Positions 30,859 through 40,608 of a stretch of DNA of 64,000 bases are shown here, piece after piece. Origin of the DNA: Gammaproteobacteria bacterium. GTDB taxonomy: Bacteria; Pseudomonadota; Gammaproteobacteria; JAKDMP01. Position numbers and translations under genes: made by a program. Location: NCBI GenBank assembly GCA_027018875.1, contig JALUYA010000002.1:3386-67385 (forward strand), written 5' to 3'. Position 1 is the stretch's first letter. Every line of letters begins with the position of its first letter. The notes beneath the pieces were generated by a model that saw only the letters and a list, made by a program, of their open reading frames with translations, did not search any database and was not told the origin of the DNA.

Positions 30859-32007
30859 TTGCGTATTCTCGTCGTCCACAACCTGTATCGGTTGCGCGGG
30901 GGGGAAGACGGAGTGGTCAAGGCGGAAGCTGCGTTGCTGCGCGGGCAGGGACATGCGGTCCAGTGTTACCTGCGGCGGAATGACGAATTCAACCGTCCCG
31001 GGCCGAAAGAGGCGCTCGGGACCTTCTGGTCGGTTGGCGCGTACCGGGAACTGGGACGGAGAATCCGTGAGTTTGCGCCCGACGTGGTCCATGTGCATAA
31101 CACTTTTCCGTTGGTGTCTCCCGCGGTTTTTTACGCCGCCCGGCACGGCGGAGTCGCCGTGGTCCAGACGCTGCACAATTTCCGGCTGATGTGCGTCCAG
31201 GCCATGCTGCTGCGCGACGGGCGGGTGTGCGAGGATTGCGTGGGACATTCGCCCTGGCGGGGTGCCTGGCACGGTTGTTACCGTGGCTCGCGGATCCAAT
31301 CGGCCATTGCCGCGGCGAATCTTGGGCTGCACCGTATGCTCGGAACCCCCCGGCGGGTGACGCTTTATATCGCCTTGAACGAATTTTGTCGCGGCGTGTA
31401 TGCAAGAGGGGGGCTGGCGGGCGAGAAAATCCGGATCAAGCCGAATTTTGTCCCGGCGCCGCCGCGTCGCGATGGACCACGTGCCGGGGGGCTCTATGTG
31501 GGGCGCCTTGCGCAGGAGAAGGGAGTGCGCCTGCTGGGCGAGGCGGCGCGGGCCGGAGCCGGTTGCATCGACGTGATCGGTGAGGGGCCGCTAGAGGCGG
31601 GGCTGGTTGCGAAGGAGGGGATTCGCTTGCATGGCTGGCGCAATGCCGGGGAGGTCGGTGAGCGGATGGATCGCGCGGCCTGGCTGGCATTGCCCAGCCT
31701 TTGGTATGAGGCTTTCCCGAGGGTCCTGGTCGAGGCCTATGCCCATGGTTTGCCGGTGATTGCCAGTCGTCTGGGCGCGCTTGCCGAGCTGGTGGAAGAA
31801 GGGACGACCGGGCTGCTGTTCGAGCCGGGATCGGGTGCGGACTTCACCCGCTGCATCGCTTGGGCCGAGGAGCATCCCGAGCGGATGCTCGCCATGGGCC
31901 GTGCCGCCCGCCGTCGCTATGAAAAGCTCTATACGCCGGAGGTGAATTATCGGCAATTAATGGGTATCTATCGCGAGGCCGTGATGTTGGCGCGTGGCGA
32001 TGGCTAG
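30859..32007 (+). CDS. glycosyltransferase family 4
   Basis: GGED.VV, HVHNTFP, GRLAQEKG, PSLWYEAFP..EA. Confidence 0.9.
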   Translation: MRILVVHNLYRLRGGEDGVVKAEAALLRGQGHAVQCYLRRNDEFNRPGPKEALGTFWSVGAYRELGRRIREFAPDVVHVHNTFPLVSPAVFYAARHGGVAVVQTLHNFRLMCVQAMLLRDGRVCEDCVGHSPWRGAWHGCYRGSRIQSAIAAANLGLHRMLGTPRRVTLYIALNEFCRGVYARGGLAGEKIRIKPNFVPAPPRRDGPRAGGLYVGRLAQEKGVRLLGEAARAGAGCIDVIGEGPLEAGLVAKEGIRLHGWRNAGEVGERMDRAAWLALPSLWYEAFPRVLVEAYAHGLPVIASRLGALAELVEEGTTGLLFEPGSGADFTRCIAWAEEHPERMLAMGRAARRRYEKLYTPEVNYRQLMGIYREAVMLARGDG

Positions 32008-32761
32008 GAGGGTGGAACTGTTGGGCCAGGCGGTGGATGCCCTCGGCTGGGACGAGGCGTTGGCGCGGATTGGCGCCTGGGCCAAGGCCCGCGAATCGCG
32101 TCGGGTGTGCTGCGCCAACGTGCATGTCGTGGTCACGGCCCGCTCCATGCCGGGCCTTTCCGAGGCTTTGTCGGGCGCGGATCTGGTGGTTCCCGACGGG
32201 GCCCCGGTTGCCTGGATGTTGCGCCACCTGGGGGAACCGCGTCAGGGCCGGATCGCCGGGCCCGACCTGATGTGGCGGCTCTGCGCAGAGGCGGCTGCCG
32301 CCGGCATCGGCATCTACCTGTACGGGGGCGCGCCGGCAACGCTTGCGCGGCTTTCCAAGCGCTTGCGCGAAGCCTTTTCCGGGATCCGGATCGTCGGTGC
32401 CGAGTCGCCGCCGTTCCGCGAACTCGATCCCGCCGAGGAGCGGGCGTCAAGGGATCGCATCAACACCGCGGGCGCGGGGTTGGTGTTTGTCGGCCTGGGT
32501 TGTCCGAAGCAGGAGCTGTGGATGGCCCGCCAGGAGGGGTTGGTCGGCGCGGTCATGCTCGGCGTGGGGGCGGCCTTCGACTTCCATGCCGGCACGGTTC
32601 GGCGGGCCCCGCCGTGGATGCGACGCATCGGCCTCGAGTGGTTGCACCGGTTGTTGCAGGATCCGCGGCGGCTGTTGCGGCGCTACCTCGGCACCAATAC
32701 CCGTTTCCTGTTCCTGGCGCTGCTCCAGTTGCGGCGCGGAAAAAGGCGCCCGCATAGATAG
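31994..32761 (+). CDS. WecB/TagA/CpsF-family glycosyltransferase
   Basis: PDGAPV, GPDLM, VGLGCPKQE, GVGAAFDF..RRAPPWM..GLEWLHRL. Confidence 0.92.
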   Translation: MAMARRVELLGQAVDALGWDEALARIGAWAKARESRRVCCANVHVVVTARSMPGLSEALSGADLVVPDGAPVAWMLRHLGEPRQGRIAGPDLMWRLCAEAAAAGIGIYLYGGAPATLARLSKRLREAFSGIRIVGAESPPFRELDPAEERASRDRINTAGAGLVFVGLGCPKQELWMARQEGLVGAVMLGVGAAFDFHAGTVRRAPPWMRRIGLEWLHRLLQDPRRLLRRYLGTNTRFLFLALLQLRRGKRRPHR

Positions 32762-32902
32762 CATGAGTCACCCGGGGGCAAGCCGGTAGAGTCGTGCCAC
32801 GGGGGAATTTTATCGTCACGGAAATGCGCCGGGGTCGGCGGCCTCGCTTGCGAGGCCAGATGAGGTAACCTGGTTTTATCCCGAGAGGTGATGTGAAAGC
32901 CC

Positions 32903-33925
32903 ATGTCTATTTCGTCCCGATTCCCGGTTTTAATTCGGCCCCTGCTGCTTGCCGGCCTTGGATTGGTTGTTATAGCGGCGCAGGCGAGTCCCGCCGCCGC
33001 ATCGAAGACGCCCCTGCGAAGGTATTTTCCGGCGCCGGTTTACGTGGCGCTCCAGAGGGAAGGCGCGGTGGAAGTCCTGCCCGGAAAGACCATCTGCCCC
33101 GGGTTTCCCCAGGCCCACTATCTCGGCTTGGGGCCGCGGGGGCGGTGGCTGGTCATCAGCGGATTTGCCACCGGCAATGTTTACTTGGCCGATACCGCAA
33201 GCGGCGGGAAAGTCGCCACGCTACGCCTTGGCGGCCGGATCCAGGGCGTGAAGATCGATCCGCTCGGGCGTTTCGCCCTGGCGGTCGATGCCCCCGGTGG
33301 TAGCGTCAAGGTGATCGGCCTGGAGCCCCCGAGAATCGTTAAATCGATTCCGGTGGGGCCGGTACCGCACAATGTGATTTTTTCTCCCGATGGGCGCTAC
33401 GCCTATGTCACGTTACAGGGGGCGGACAAGCTGGCGGTCATCGATATGCAGCGGTTGAAGGTTGTGCGGCGGATACCGCTTCCCGGCATGGATGGGCCGC
33501 ACAACCTGGATCTGAATGCCGCGGGTACCCGCCTGTGGATTCGCAGTCGTGCGACGCCGCGGCGCGACGGGTCCGTGGCCGTACTCGATCTGCGGACGGG
33601 AAAGATCCTGCGGTCTTTCCGGGTCGGGCGCTTTCATGGAGGGATTGATATTGTGCCGGGCGGGCGCTACGTGTTTGCAACCAACATCGGTTCCGATACG
33701 GTCGATGTATTTGATCCGCATGCCTTGAGGCGGGTCAAGCGCATCCGGGTCGGCCGGGGTCCGCACGGGGTGCGTGCAAGCCCGCGCGGGCGCTGGGTCT
33801 ATGTGAGCGCTGCCCGGGGCACTGAACTGGATGTTATCGACACGCGCACGCTCGAGGTGGTCAAACGCATCCATCTGCCGCGCGGCAGTTTTCCGTTCTG
33901 GCTCGCTGTGGTGGGAAATCCGTAG
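32903..33925 (+). CDS. exported YncE/YVTN-type beta-propeller protein
   Basis: Signal peptide; repeated IPVG.PH..SPDGRYAYVT..VID blades. Confidence 0.8.
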   Translation: MSISSRFPVLIRPLLLAGLGLVVIAAQASPAAASKTPLRRYFPAPVYVALQREGAVEVLPGKTICPGFPQAHYLGLGPRGRWLVISGFATGNVYLADTASGGKVATLRLGGRIQGVKIDPLGRFALAVDAPGGSVKVIGLEPPRIVKSIPVGPVPHNVIFSPDGRYAYVTLQGADKLAVIDMQRLKVVRRIPLPGMDGPHNLDLNAAGTRLWIRSRATPRRDGSVAVLDLRTGKILRSFRVGRFHGGIDIVPGGRYVFATNIGSDTVDVFDPHALRRVKRIRVGRGPHGVRASPRGRWVYVSAARGTELDVIDTRTLEVVKRIHLPRGSFPFWLAVVGNP

Positions 33926-33963
33926 AGGCAAGGGAGTTGCCCAACGGTACCGCCGGAATCGGC

Positions 33964-35133
33964 TCAGGTGCCGCGGCAATAGGCCTCGTAGTCGATGTAG
34001 CCGGGAAAATCGGCTCCCTCGCGGCAATAGCGGCAGGCGGGATCGGGTGTGATGGCCAGTTCGCGCCAGCTACCGCCCAGCGCGTCGTAGAGCAACAGGC
34101 GCCCAATCAGGGGGCGGCCGATCCCGAGGATCAGCTTGAGCGCCTCGGTGGCCTGGGCAACCCCGATTATGCCCGGAACCACACCCAGGACCCCGGCCTC
34201 GGCGCAGGAGGGGGCGAGCTCGGGCGGCGGCGGCTCGGGAAACAGGCAGCGGTAGCAGGGACCACGCCCATCGGGAGCGGCTGGCCAGAAGACGCCGATC
34301 TGCCCGCTGTAGCGTTCCACCGCCCCATAGACGTGGGGTAGGCCCAGCTTGAGGCAGGCATCGCTCGCCAGGTAACGCGTGGGGAAGTTGTCGCTACCGT
34401 CCACCACCAGGTCGTAGCCCTGGAAGATGGACTCGACATTACTGCTCGTCAGGCGGGTTTCATGGCTTACCACGCGTACCGACGGATTGAGCCCATACAG
34501 GGCGTGGCGCGCGGATTCGGTTTTTTTTATCCCCAGCCGTTCCTGGCTATGCAGAACCTGGCGGTGCAGGTTCCCCAGCTCGACGCTGTCATCATCGACT
34601 ATCCCGAGCGTGCCCACCCCGGCCGCGGCGAGATACAGGGCCGCGGGAGAGCCGAGGCCGCCGGCGCCGATAAGCAGCAGGCGGGCCGATCCGAGCTTTT
34701 GCTGGCCCGCCTCGCCGATTTCGGGCAGCAGGATTTGACGGGCGTAACGGCGCCGATCCTCCGGGTCGAGCCGGGAGGGCGGGCTCGCGCAGGGCAGACC
34801 GGCGGCCTTCCAGGCCGAGTATCCTCCGGCGACCGAGTACACCTCGCGGTAGCCGAGCTGTTGCAGGGACGCGGCCGCGAACAGGGAGCGAATGCCTACC
34901 TCGCACAACAGCAGCAGCGCCTGGTCGCGGTCCGGCGCCTTTTCCTCGATCCGCAGCTCCAGGAACGAGCGCGGCACGTGCAGTGCCCCGCGAGGGCTGC
35001 CGGCGGCGAGTTCGTCGGCTTCGCGTACATCCAGCATCAGGGCCCCGGAAGCCATCCGCCGCGCGGCTTCGGTGGGGGAGATCTCGGGCACCTGGGAATG
35101 CAGTTCAGCCAGGCGTTGGTCGGTGGTGGTCAT
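33964..35133 (-). CDS. moeB: rhodanese-MoeB/ThiF adenylyltransferase fusion
   Basis: N-terminal rhodanese (LDVRE, CEVGIRS), RYARQI, GAGGLG, CYRC, CRYC. Confidence 0.85.
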   Translation of the reverse strand: MTTTDQRLAELHSQVPEISPTEAARRMASGALMLDVREADELAAGSPRGALHVPRSFLELRIEEKAPDRDQALLLLCEVGIRSLFAAASLQQLGYREVYSVAGGYSAWKAAGLPCASPPSRLDPEDRRRYARQILLPEIGEAGQQKLGSARLLLIGAGGLGSPAALYLAAAGVGTLGIVDDDSVELGNLHRQVLHSQERLGIKKTESARHALYGLNPSVRVVSHETRLTSSNVESIFQGYDLVVDGSDNFPTRYLASDACLKLGLPHVYGAVERYSGQIGVFWPAAPDGRGPCYRCLFPEPPPPELAPSCAEAGVLGVVPGIIGVAQATEALKLILGIGRPLIGRLLLYDALGGSWRELAITPDPACRYCREGADFPGYIDYEAYCRGT

Positions 35134-35397
35134 GCAGTCGATTTACCGTTCATCCGGCTCGAATGTCGGGGAAAGAGGCGCTGGTTGCTTATATTGTACT
35201 GCTACTGCGAATCATCCGAAAAGCAGCGAGAAACTACCGCGGGGTGATGCCGTTCGCTGGTGGACTCTTTTCCCGCCGGCAGCGGATCCTGCGGCCCTGG
35301 AAAATGTGGGTCGGGATTTTCAGGGCTTCATATAAACAGGCCTTGCAACCGGGCCCAGCCGACGAAAGCGACGGGAAAGAAAATTGCGCCTAATAGG

Positions 35398-35445
35398 TGC
35401 ATACTCCGGCGAAGGTGAATACCTATTCCGGAGGAACGTGAACGG
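35398..35445 (+). mobile_element. orphan IS21-like terminal sequence
   Basis: 32/48 ungapped identity by eye to the IS21 end at 40441, with the same TCCGG/TGRA spacing. Confidence 0.5.
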
Positions 35446-35693
35446 CTGACTTCACAACGCATCACGCAGTGTCCTTGTCACAGCCGTTCAACCCGGATGT
35501 TGAAGCACTCAGAAAATCCCTGGAGATGAAATAATTTCCTTATTCTGGCTTCACTTGGTGATTTCGCTTGCACCGAGTTCACATCGCTCACGCCCGGCGC
35601 GGCAGCCCGTCACCCGGCCGGGCTTGAATTGTTCTTGAACCGAAGGCGTACCGGTTTGGTTTGTCGCTGGTTGGTGTGTCATTTCGGTGTAAA

Positions 35694-36170
35694 TCAGCCG
35701 CGTTGGTAGGTGCCGATGAGGCGGTTCATACCGAGTACATGGGGTTCGACCTGCTGCAGGAATTGCCACAGGGGCAACTCCGGTTCGATGTCCGGCTCAC
35801 AATCCATTGCCAACACCCAGAAATAGTAGTGGTGGATGCCGTGGCCCTCGGGCGGCATGGGGCCACCATAGCCCGCCTTGCCGAAGTCGCTGATGCCGCG
35901 GGTGCCGGCCTGGGTGTTTTCCTCCAGTGTCGTTACGGCTGCGGGCAGGTTATAGAGAACCCAGTGGGTGAAACCGTAGGCGCCCGGTTTCACCAGCGGA
36001 GCGTCGGGGTCGTGACAGAAAACGGCGAAGGATCGGGTCCCTTCGGGCCAATCGTTCCAGGCGAGTGGAGGCGAGACATTGGCGCCCTCGCCGGTGAATT
36101 GACGCGGAATCCTGCCATGATGCTCAAAGGCCGGGCTTATGAGCCGTATTGGTGATAGTGCAAATCCCAT
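35694..36170 (-). CDS. YbhB/YbcL (PEBP-like) protein
   Basis: NVSPPLAW, HDPDAP, FTHWVLYNLP, YGGPMPP.GHG.HHY. Confidence 0.92.
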   Translation of the reverse strand: MGFALSPIRLISPAFEHHGRIPRQFTGEGANVSPPLAWNDWPEGTRSFAVFCHDPDAPLVKPGAYGFTHWVLYNLPAAVTTLEENTQAGTRGISDFGKAGYGGPMPPEGHGIHHYYFWVLAMDCEPDIEPELPLWQFLQQVEPHVLGMNRLIGTYQRG

Positions 36171-36342
36171 ATTGATCTCCTCATTCAAGTTTGGCAACCG
36201 GGTACTAGTGTACTGCGGCGGGATCGCACGGGCTCGATGCCGCCGCAGTCGGGCGCGGTATCTTGTGTCGAGATATTTCCCATGTCGGGATATATCGGGA
36301 AAATTTCGGCATCGACAATCAGCAGGATTTTGGGTATTACCC

Positions 36343-36819
36343 TCAAGCAAGCTCGCCGATGTGCGCAAGCTCGGCCTGCAGCCGCCGGCGATCCCGCCCG
36401 GGCTCATCGAGCGGCAGTGCGAGGAAGGCCTCGACCCGTCGCCGAAGTATCCGGTAGGCACGCTCGAAGGCCGCCTCGATCTCGGCCTCCGTACCCGTAA
36501 CGCAAGCCGGGTCGGCCACGTCCCAATGAGCGCGCACCGCCGGGCCGAGATACGCCGGACAGGTCTCGCCGGCGGCGTTCGCGCACACCGTGATCACGAC
36601 GTCGGGCGTCACCGGCAGATCGTCCCAAGACTTGCTGTGAAGGTCCTCGATCGGGATGCCTTCGTGCGCAAGCAGGGCGAGCGAGCGCGAGTGCACTTTA
36701 CCTGTCGGGTGACTCCCGGCGCTCAGCGCACGCCGGCCCGCGGGAGCGAGGTGATTGAACACGGCCTCGGCGAGGATCGAGCGGCAGGAATTTCCGGTGC
36801 AGAGAAAGAGCACGTTCAT
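36343..36819 (-). CDS. arsC: arsenate reductase (LMW-PTP type)
   Basis: CTGNSCRS, ITVCANAAGETCP, HWDVADP. Confidence 0.9.
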   Translation of the reverse strand: MNVLFLCTGNSCRSILAEAVFNHLAPAGRRALSAGSHPTGKVHSRSLALLAHEGIPIEDLHSKSWDDLPVTPDVVITVCANAAGETCPAYLGPAVRAHWDVADPACVTGTEAEIEAAFERAYRILRRRVEAFLALPLDEPGRDRRRLQAELAHIGELA

Positions 36820-37208
36820 GAGCGGGCACTCCGTCGGGAAGTGGTCAGGGGCGGCAGCACGGCCTCGTCGCAGGGCGAGGCGGCGCGCAACGCCGCGCAG
36901 GCCTCCGGCTGCCCGGCGCAGCATTCGTCGGTGAGGTAGGCGACGAGTTCCAGCATCAGCGGGATATTGGCTCGATAGCGCTGGTAGCGACCCTCCTGCG
37001 CCACACGGAGAAGCCCCGCCTGAGTGAGTGCCTTGAAGTGGAACGATAAATTCGATGGCGGGAGGCCGAGCGACTCCGCAATCTCGCCGGCCACCATGCC
37101 TTCCGGCCCTATTCTGACGAGCAGCCGAAAGACATCGAGCCGTACGCCCGAGGCGAGGCATTCCAAAAGCGAGACGCCGATGGCCTTATTTATGCTGACA
37201 TCACTCAT
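36816..37208 (-). CDS. arsR: ArsR repressor with C-terminal CC-x6-C site
   Basis: RLDVFRLLV..GEIA..NLSFH..LTDECCAGQPEAC; overlaps arsC. Confidence 0.9.
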   Translation of the reverse strand: MSDVSINKAIGVSLLECLASGVRLDVFRLLVRIGPEGMVAGEIAESLGLPPSNLSFHFKALTQAGLLRVAQEGRYQRYRANIPLMLELVAYLTDECCAGQPEACAALRAASPCDEAVLPPLTTSRRSARS

Positions 37209-37237
37209 ATTTCAATACTACAACAATTATTTAAATA
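37209..37237. promoter_or_regulatory. putative ArsR operator
   Basis: AT-rich inverted repeat ATTTCAATA...TATTTAAAT immediately upstream of arsR. Confidence 0.5.
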
Positions 37238-37397
37238 ATTCAATTCCGATGCGGTTCAGTTGCCGCCTGTCGCCGGGGTAATGGCGGGGATACCTGGGCC
37301 GCGGGTGACGCGGTGGGCCGTTCATCGGGGGGGTGAGAATAGAGCAGGCGGAGGCGGAGGTTTGTTATAGTCGCGCCAGCGTAAATAATTCGCAGAG

Positions 37398-39593
37398 GTG
37401 TCGCCCATGAAAAGTTGGCTGGCGGTAATCGGTATCGGTTTCATTGTTGCAGGAGTTCCCACGATGGCACAGGGCGGTCCCGGGCGGGAGGTGGCGGAGC
37501 ATCGAGCAGGCTTCGCTTATCCACGGGCATATCGGGACAAGACGGTCGATGTTTATTTCGGCACTCGGGTGGCGGCACCCTACCAGTGGATGGAAAACCT
37601 TCAAAATCCGGAACTCAAACATTGGGTGGCCGCCGAAAACCAACTAACCGACGCCCACCTGGCGAAGATCAAGCTGCGGGAGGTGTTGTACCGGCGGCTC
37701 GAGCGGCTTTGGGACTATGCCAAGGAAGGCTCGCCGATCCAGGCCGGGGGCAAGTTGTTCTTCAGCCGTAACCCGGGGCTGGAGAATCAGGCGACGGTGT
37801 ATGTGCAGGATGGAATAAACGCCAAGCCGCGGGTGCTGTTCAACCCCAACAGGATTTCTCCAAATGGTAACATTGCACTTGCCGGTTACCAGCCTTCGCC
37901 CGACGGGAAATATCTCGCCTACGAGTTGTCACTGGGGGGTTCGGACTGGCAGACGATCCATGTACTCGATGTCGCGACCGGCAAGACGTTACCCCGGGTG
38001 GTCCGCTGGGTGAAGTTCGCCAACATCAGTTGGACCCATGACAGCAAGGGTTTTTTCTATTCGCGCTTTCCCGAGCCACGGAAAGGCGAGGCGATTAGTG
38101 AGCGGCTCGCCAACCAGAAGCTCTACTACCACTGGGTGAACAAGCCGCAAGCCGATGACCGCTTGATCTATGCCCGCCCCGATCTGCCGAAGTGGATCAT
38201 CAATGGCGCGGTTACGGAAAACGGCCGGTACCTATTTATCTATCTCGAATACGACATTTCCAAGAACGATCTTTATTACGTCGATCTCGGCAACCCGGAT
38301 CATCCCGATCTCGGGGCCCCGGTACACCCGTTGTTTACCTTGAACAACGCGGCCTATACGCCGATTGGGGTGCGCGGGAAGACCGCGTTCGTGCAAACGG
38401 ATTACCGGGCCCCACGCGGGCGGGTGGTCGCCGTGAAGCTCGACCGTCTGGGGCCGCGACATTGGCGCACCGTGGTGCCCGAGACCGACGGCGTGCTCGA
38501 GTCTGCGCAGATGGCCGCCGGGCGGGTTCTGGCCAATCGCATGGTAGTGGCCAAGAGCCGCCTTTCCCTTTACTCCACGGATGGGAAACTGATCAAGAAT
38601 CTGAGGCTTCCCGAACAGATGGGGAGCGTCAGCGGGATTTCATCGCGGGACGAATCTCCCAATGTGTACTATGAATTCACCTCGTTCCTGCAACCCGCCG
38701 GGGTGTACCGCTACGATGTTGCCAGCGGCGGGACAAGCGCGTTTTTCCGCCCGAAGCTCGATTTCGACCCGGCGCCCTACCAGGTGCGACAAGTGTTCTA
38801 CCGCTCGAGCGGAGGCACCGAAGTGCCGCTGTTTATCATTGCCCGCAAGGGGGTCAAGCTCGACGGGAAAAACCCCACGATCCTCTATGGCTACGGCGGG
38901 TTCGATATCACCATTACCCCGTACTTCAATCCCATGCTTGCCGTTTGGCTGGAGCTTGGCGGCGTCTATGCTATTCCCAACCTACGCGGCGGCGGTGTCT
39001 ATGGCCAGCAGTGGCACCATGCCGGGATGCTTGGCAAGAAGCAAAATGTTTTCGATGATTTCGCCAATGCCGCCCGGTGGCTTATCCGCCACCGCTACAC
39101 CTCGACGCCGCACCTCGGCATCATGGGCTACTCGAACGGGGGCCTGTTGACCGGGGCGAGCGTGACCCAGCAGCCGCATCTTTTTGGCGCCGTGTATATC
39201 GGCCATGGTGTGCTCGATATGCTGCGGTTCCAGAAATTCTCCGGCGGGCAGTACTGGGTGTCCGAGTATGGCACCTCGGCCAAGAAGAAGGACTTCAAGT
39301 GGTTGTATGCCTACTCGCCGTTACAGAACCTCAAGCCTGGTGTCTGCTACCCGCCGACGCTCATCACCACTTCCACCGACGACGACCGCGTTGTGCCCAG
39401 CCATGGTTACCAGTTCGCGGCGAAGATGCAGTATGACCAGGGATGCGTGAATCCCATTCTGTTGCACGTGGCCATGACCACCAGTCACACCTACATGCCT
39501 ACCGATAAACGGATTCGTCACTTGGCCGATGACTGGGGATTTATCGGGGCTCACATCGGCATGCCACCGGGCGGCTTGGGCGGTACGCGGTAA
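37398..39593 (+). CDS. exported prolyl oligopeptidase (S9A)
   Basis: Signal peptide; LYGYGGF, NLRGGG.YG, GYSNGG, DDRVVPSH. Confidence 0.92.
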   Translation: MSPMKSWLAVIGIGFIVAGVPTMAQGGPGREVAEHRAGFAYPRAYRDKTVDVYFGTRVAAPYQWMENLQNPELKHWVAAENQLTDAHLAKIKLREVLYRRLERLWDYAKEGSPIQAGGKLFFSRNPGLENQATVYVQDGINAKPRVLFNPNRISPNGNIALAGYQPSPDGKYLAYELSLGGSDWQTIHVLDVATGKTLPRVVRWVKFANISWTHDSKGFFYSRFPEPRKGEAISERLANQKLYYHWVNKPQADDRLIYARPDLPKWIINGAVTENGRYLFIYLEYDISKNDLYYVDLGNPDHPDLGAPVHPLFTLNNAAYTPIGVRGKTAFVQTDYRAPRGRVVAVKLDRLGPRHWRTVVPETDGVLESAQMAAGRVLANRMVVAKSRLSLYSTDGKLIKNLRLPEQMGSVSGISSRDESPNVYYEFTSFLQPAGVYRYDVASGGTSAFFRPKLDFDPAPYQVRQVFYRSSGGTEVPLFIIARKGVKLDGKNPTILYGYGGFDITITPYFNPMLAVWLELGGVYAIPNLRGGGVYGQQWHHAGMLGKKQNVFDDFANAARWLIRHRYTSTPHLGIMGYSNGGLLTGASVTQQPHLFGAVYIGHGVLDMLRFQKFSGGQYWVSEYGTSAKKKDFKWLYAYSPLQNLKPGVCYPPTLITTSTDDDRVVPSHGYQFAAKMQYDQGCVNPILLHVAMTTSHTYMPTDKRIRHLADDWGFIGAHIGMPPGGLGGTR

Positions 39594-39664
39594 GGTGGTT
39601 TTTCCGGCCATGGTAACGGGGGGTTTGACCTGCCCCGCTCGTTACCGCGATAATGTACTATCTT

Positions 39665-39741
39665 GCGCCCGTAGCTCAGTTGGATAGAGTACCTGGCTAC
39701 GAACCAGGTGGTCGGGAGTTCGAATCTCTCCGGGCGCGCCA
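39665..39741 (+). tRNA. tRNA-Arg(ACG)
   Basis: GCGCCCGTAGCTCAGTTGGATAGAG..loop CTACGAA..GTTCGAATC..CGGGCGCGCCA, 77 nt. Confidence 0.97.
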
Positions 39742-39764
39742 TATAAATTAAGCACTTAGACGAA

Positions 39765-39795
39765 TACGGCGGCTGTATTGGCCGCCGTTTTCATT
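39765..39795 (+). terminator. hairpin/terminator after tRNA-Arg
   Basis: ACGGCGGC-TGTATTG-GCCGCCGT followed by TTTCATTT. Confidence 0.6.
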
Positions 39796-40067
39796 TCGGG
39801 GTAAACACAGGGGTAACATTTTGCAGAAGTTAGGAATGGGCGCTTACGGTGGTATATTCCGGCGCACCCTTTTCATTCATGCGTGCCCGGAAGGCTTCGG
39901 CTCACGACGACCAGAGAAACCATGATTTTGTAGAAGTCCGTTCGGTTCGCGCGCTCCCATTCCGTTAGCGCGGGGGGTACCTCCGATCCCTTCAAACGCA
40001 AAGCTATTTCTGACGTTATTTCACTCCGAACCTCAAATCGCGCGCGCGTATAGTGGCATACGAAAAA

Positions 40068-40319
40068 TTAGCGGCGATATTGTTTCAGATTCGCCAGCGC
40101 CCGGCGCTTGCCCGCTGGGGTGCGCGGACCAGTGGACAAGCCGCCGTGGTGTCGGCATCGCCCGTTTTCGAGTGCATGCGCGCGGCAGGGCTCGCCGGTA
40201 CTTTTGCAATGCGCTCCGCAACGCGGCCAGTCTCCACGCTTAGGTTTGCCGTCGGTACGCCATGAGAAACGGATACCGGGATTCTGGCCGCGCCATTCGT
40301 ACCAGCAGATCGGCATCAT
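40068..40319 (-). CDS. HGGxSTG-motif small protein
   Basis: RCGAHCKSTGEPCRAHALENGRCRHHGGLSTGPRT. Confidence 0.8.
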   Translation of the reverse strand: MMPICWYEWRGQNPGIRFSWRTDGKPKRGDWPRCGAHCKSTGEPCRAHALENGRCRHHGGLSTGPRTPAGKRRALANLKQYRR

Positions 40320-40469
40320 CAGCCGTCCTTCTTGATTTTCTCAAGTTTGTGGCGCTTCATCTTCATGCGGCGACATTCAGCGACCAATTTTTGTAACGGG
40401 TGTAGTCAAACGGCCGCCATGTTCTGTGTGAAAGGTTGACTGCGCATTCCGGTGAAACTGGACAGTCAT

Positions 40470-40557
40470 TCCGGCGCAAAGTGGACAGCTGATCCGGCGC
40501 AAAGTGGACAGCTGATCCGGCGCAAAGTGGACAGCTGATCCGGCGCAAAGTGGACAG
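40470..40557. repeat. 23-bp tandem repeat x~4 at IS21 end
   Basis: TCCGGCGCAAAGTGGACAGCTGA starting at 40470, 40493, 40516 and 40539. Confidence 0.95.
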
Positions 40558-40608
40558 TTGTCGGAGCGAAGCGACGCGGGGTTGTCATTATGAGTTCAGG
40601 TGTCCAGT

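Noticed and set aside
29542-31332. 596-aa minus-strand ORF
   Set aside because: Antisense to three glycosyltransferases; typical high-GC shadow ORF.
35134-35397. Riboswitch (Moco/TPP) upstream of moeB
   Set aside because: No recognisable consensus found by eye; an Rfam scan would settle it.
39551-39742. 63-aa ORF MARPERFELPTTWFVARYSIQLSY
   Set aside because: Antisense translation of tRNA-Arg.
40470-40557. 23-bp repeats as a CRISPR array or iterons
   Set aside because: No spacers and no cas genes; they are IS21 subterminal repeats mirrored at 43016-43130.
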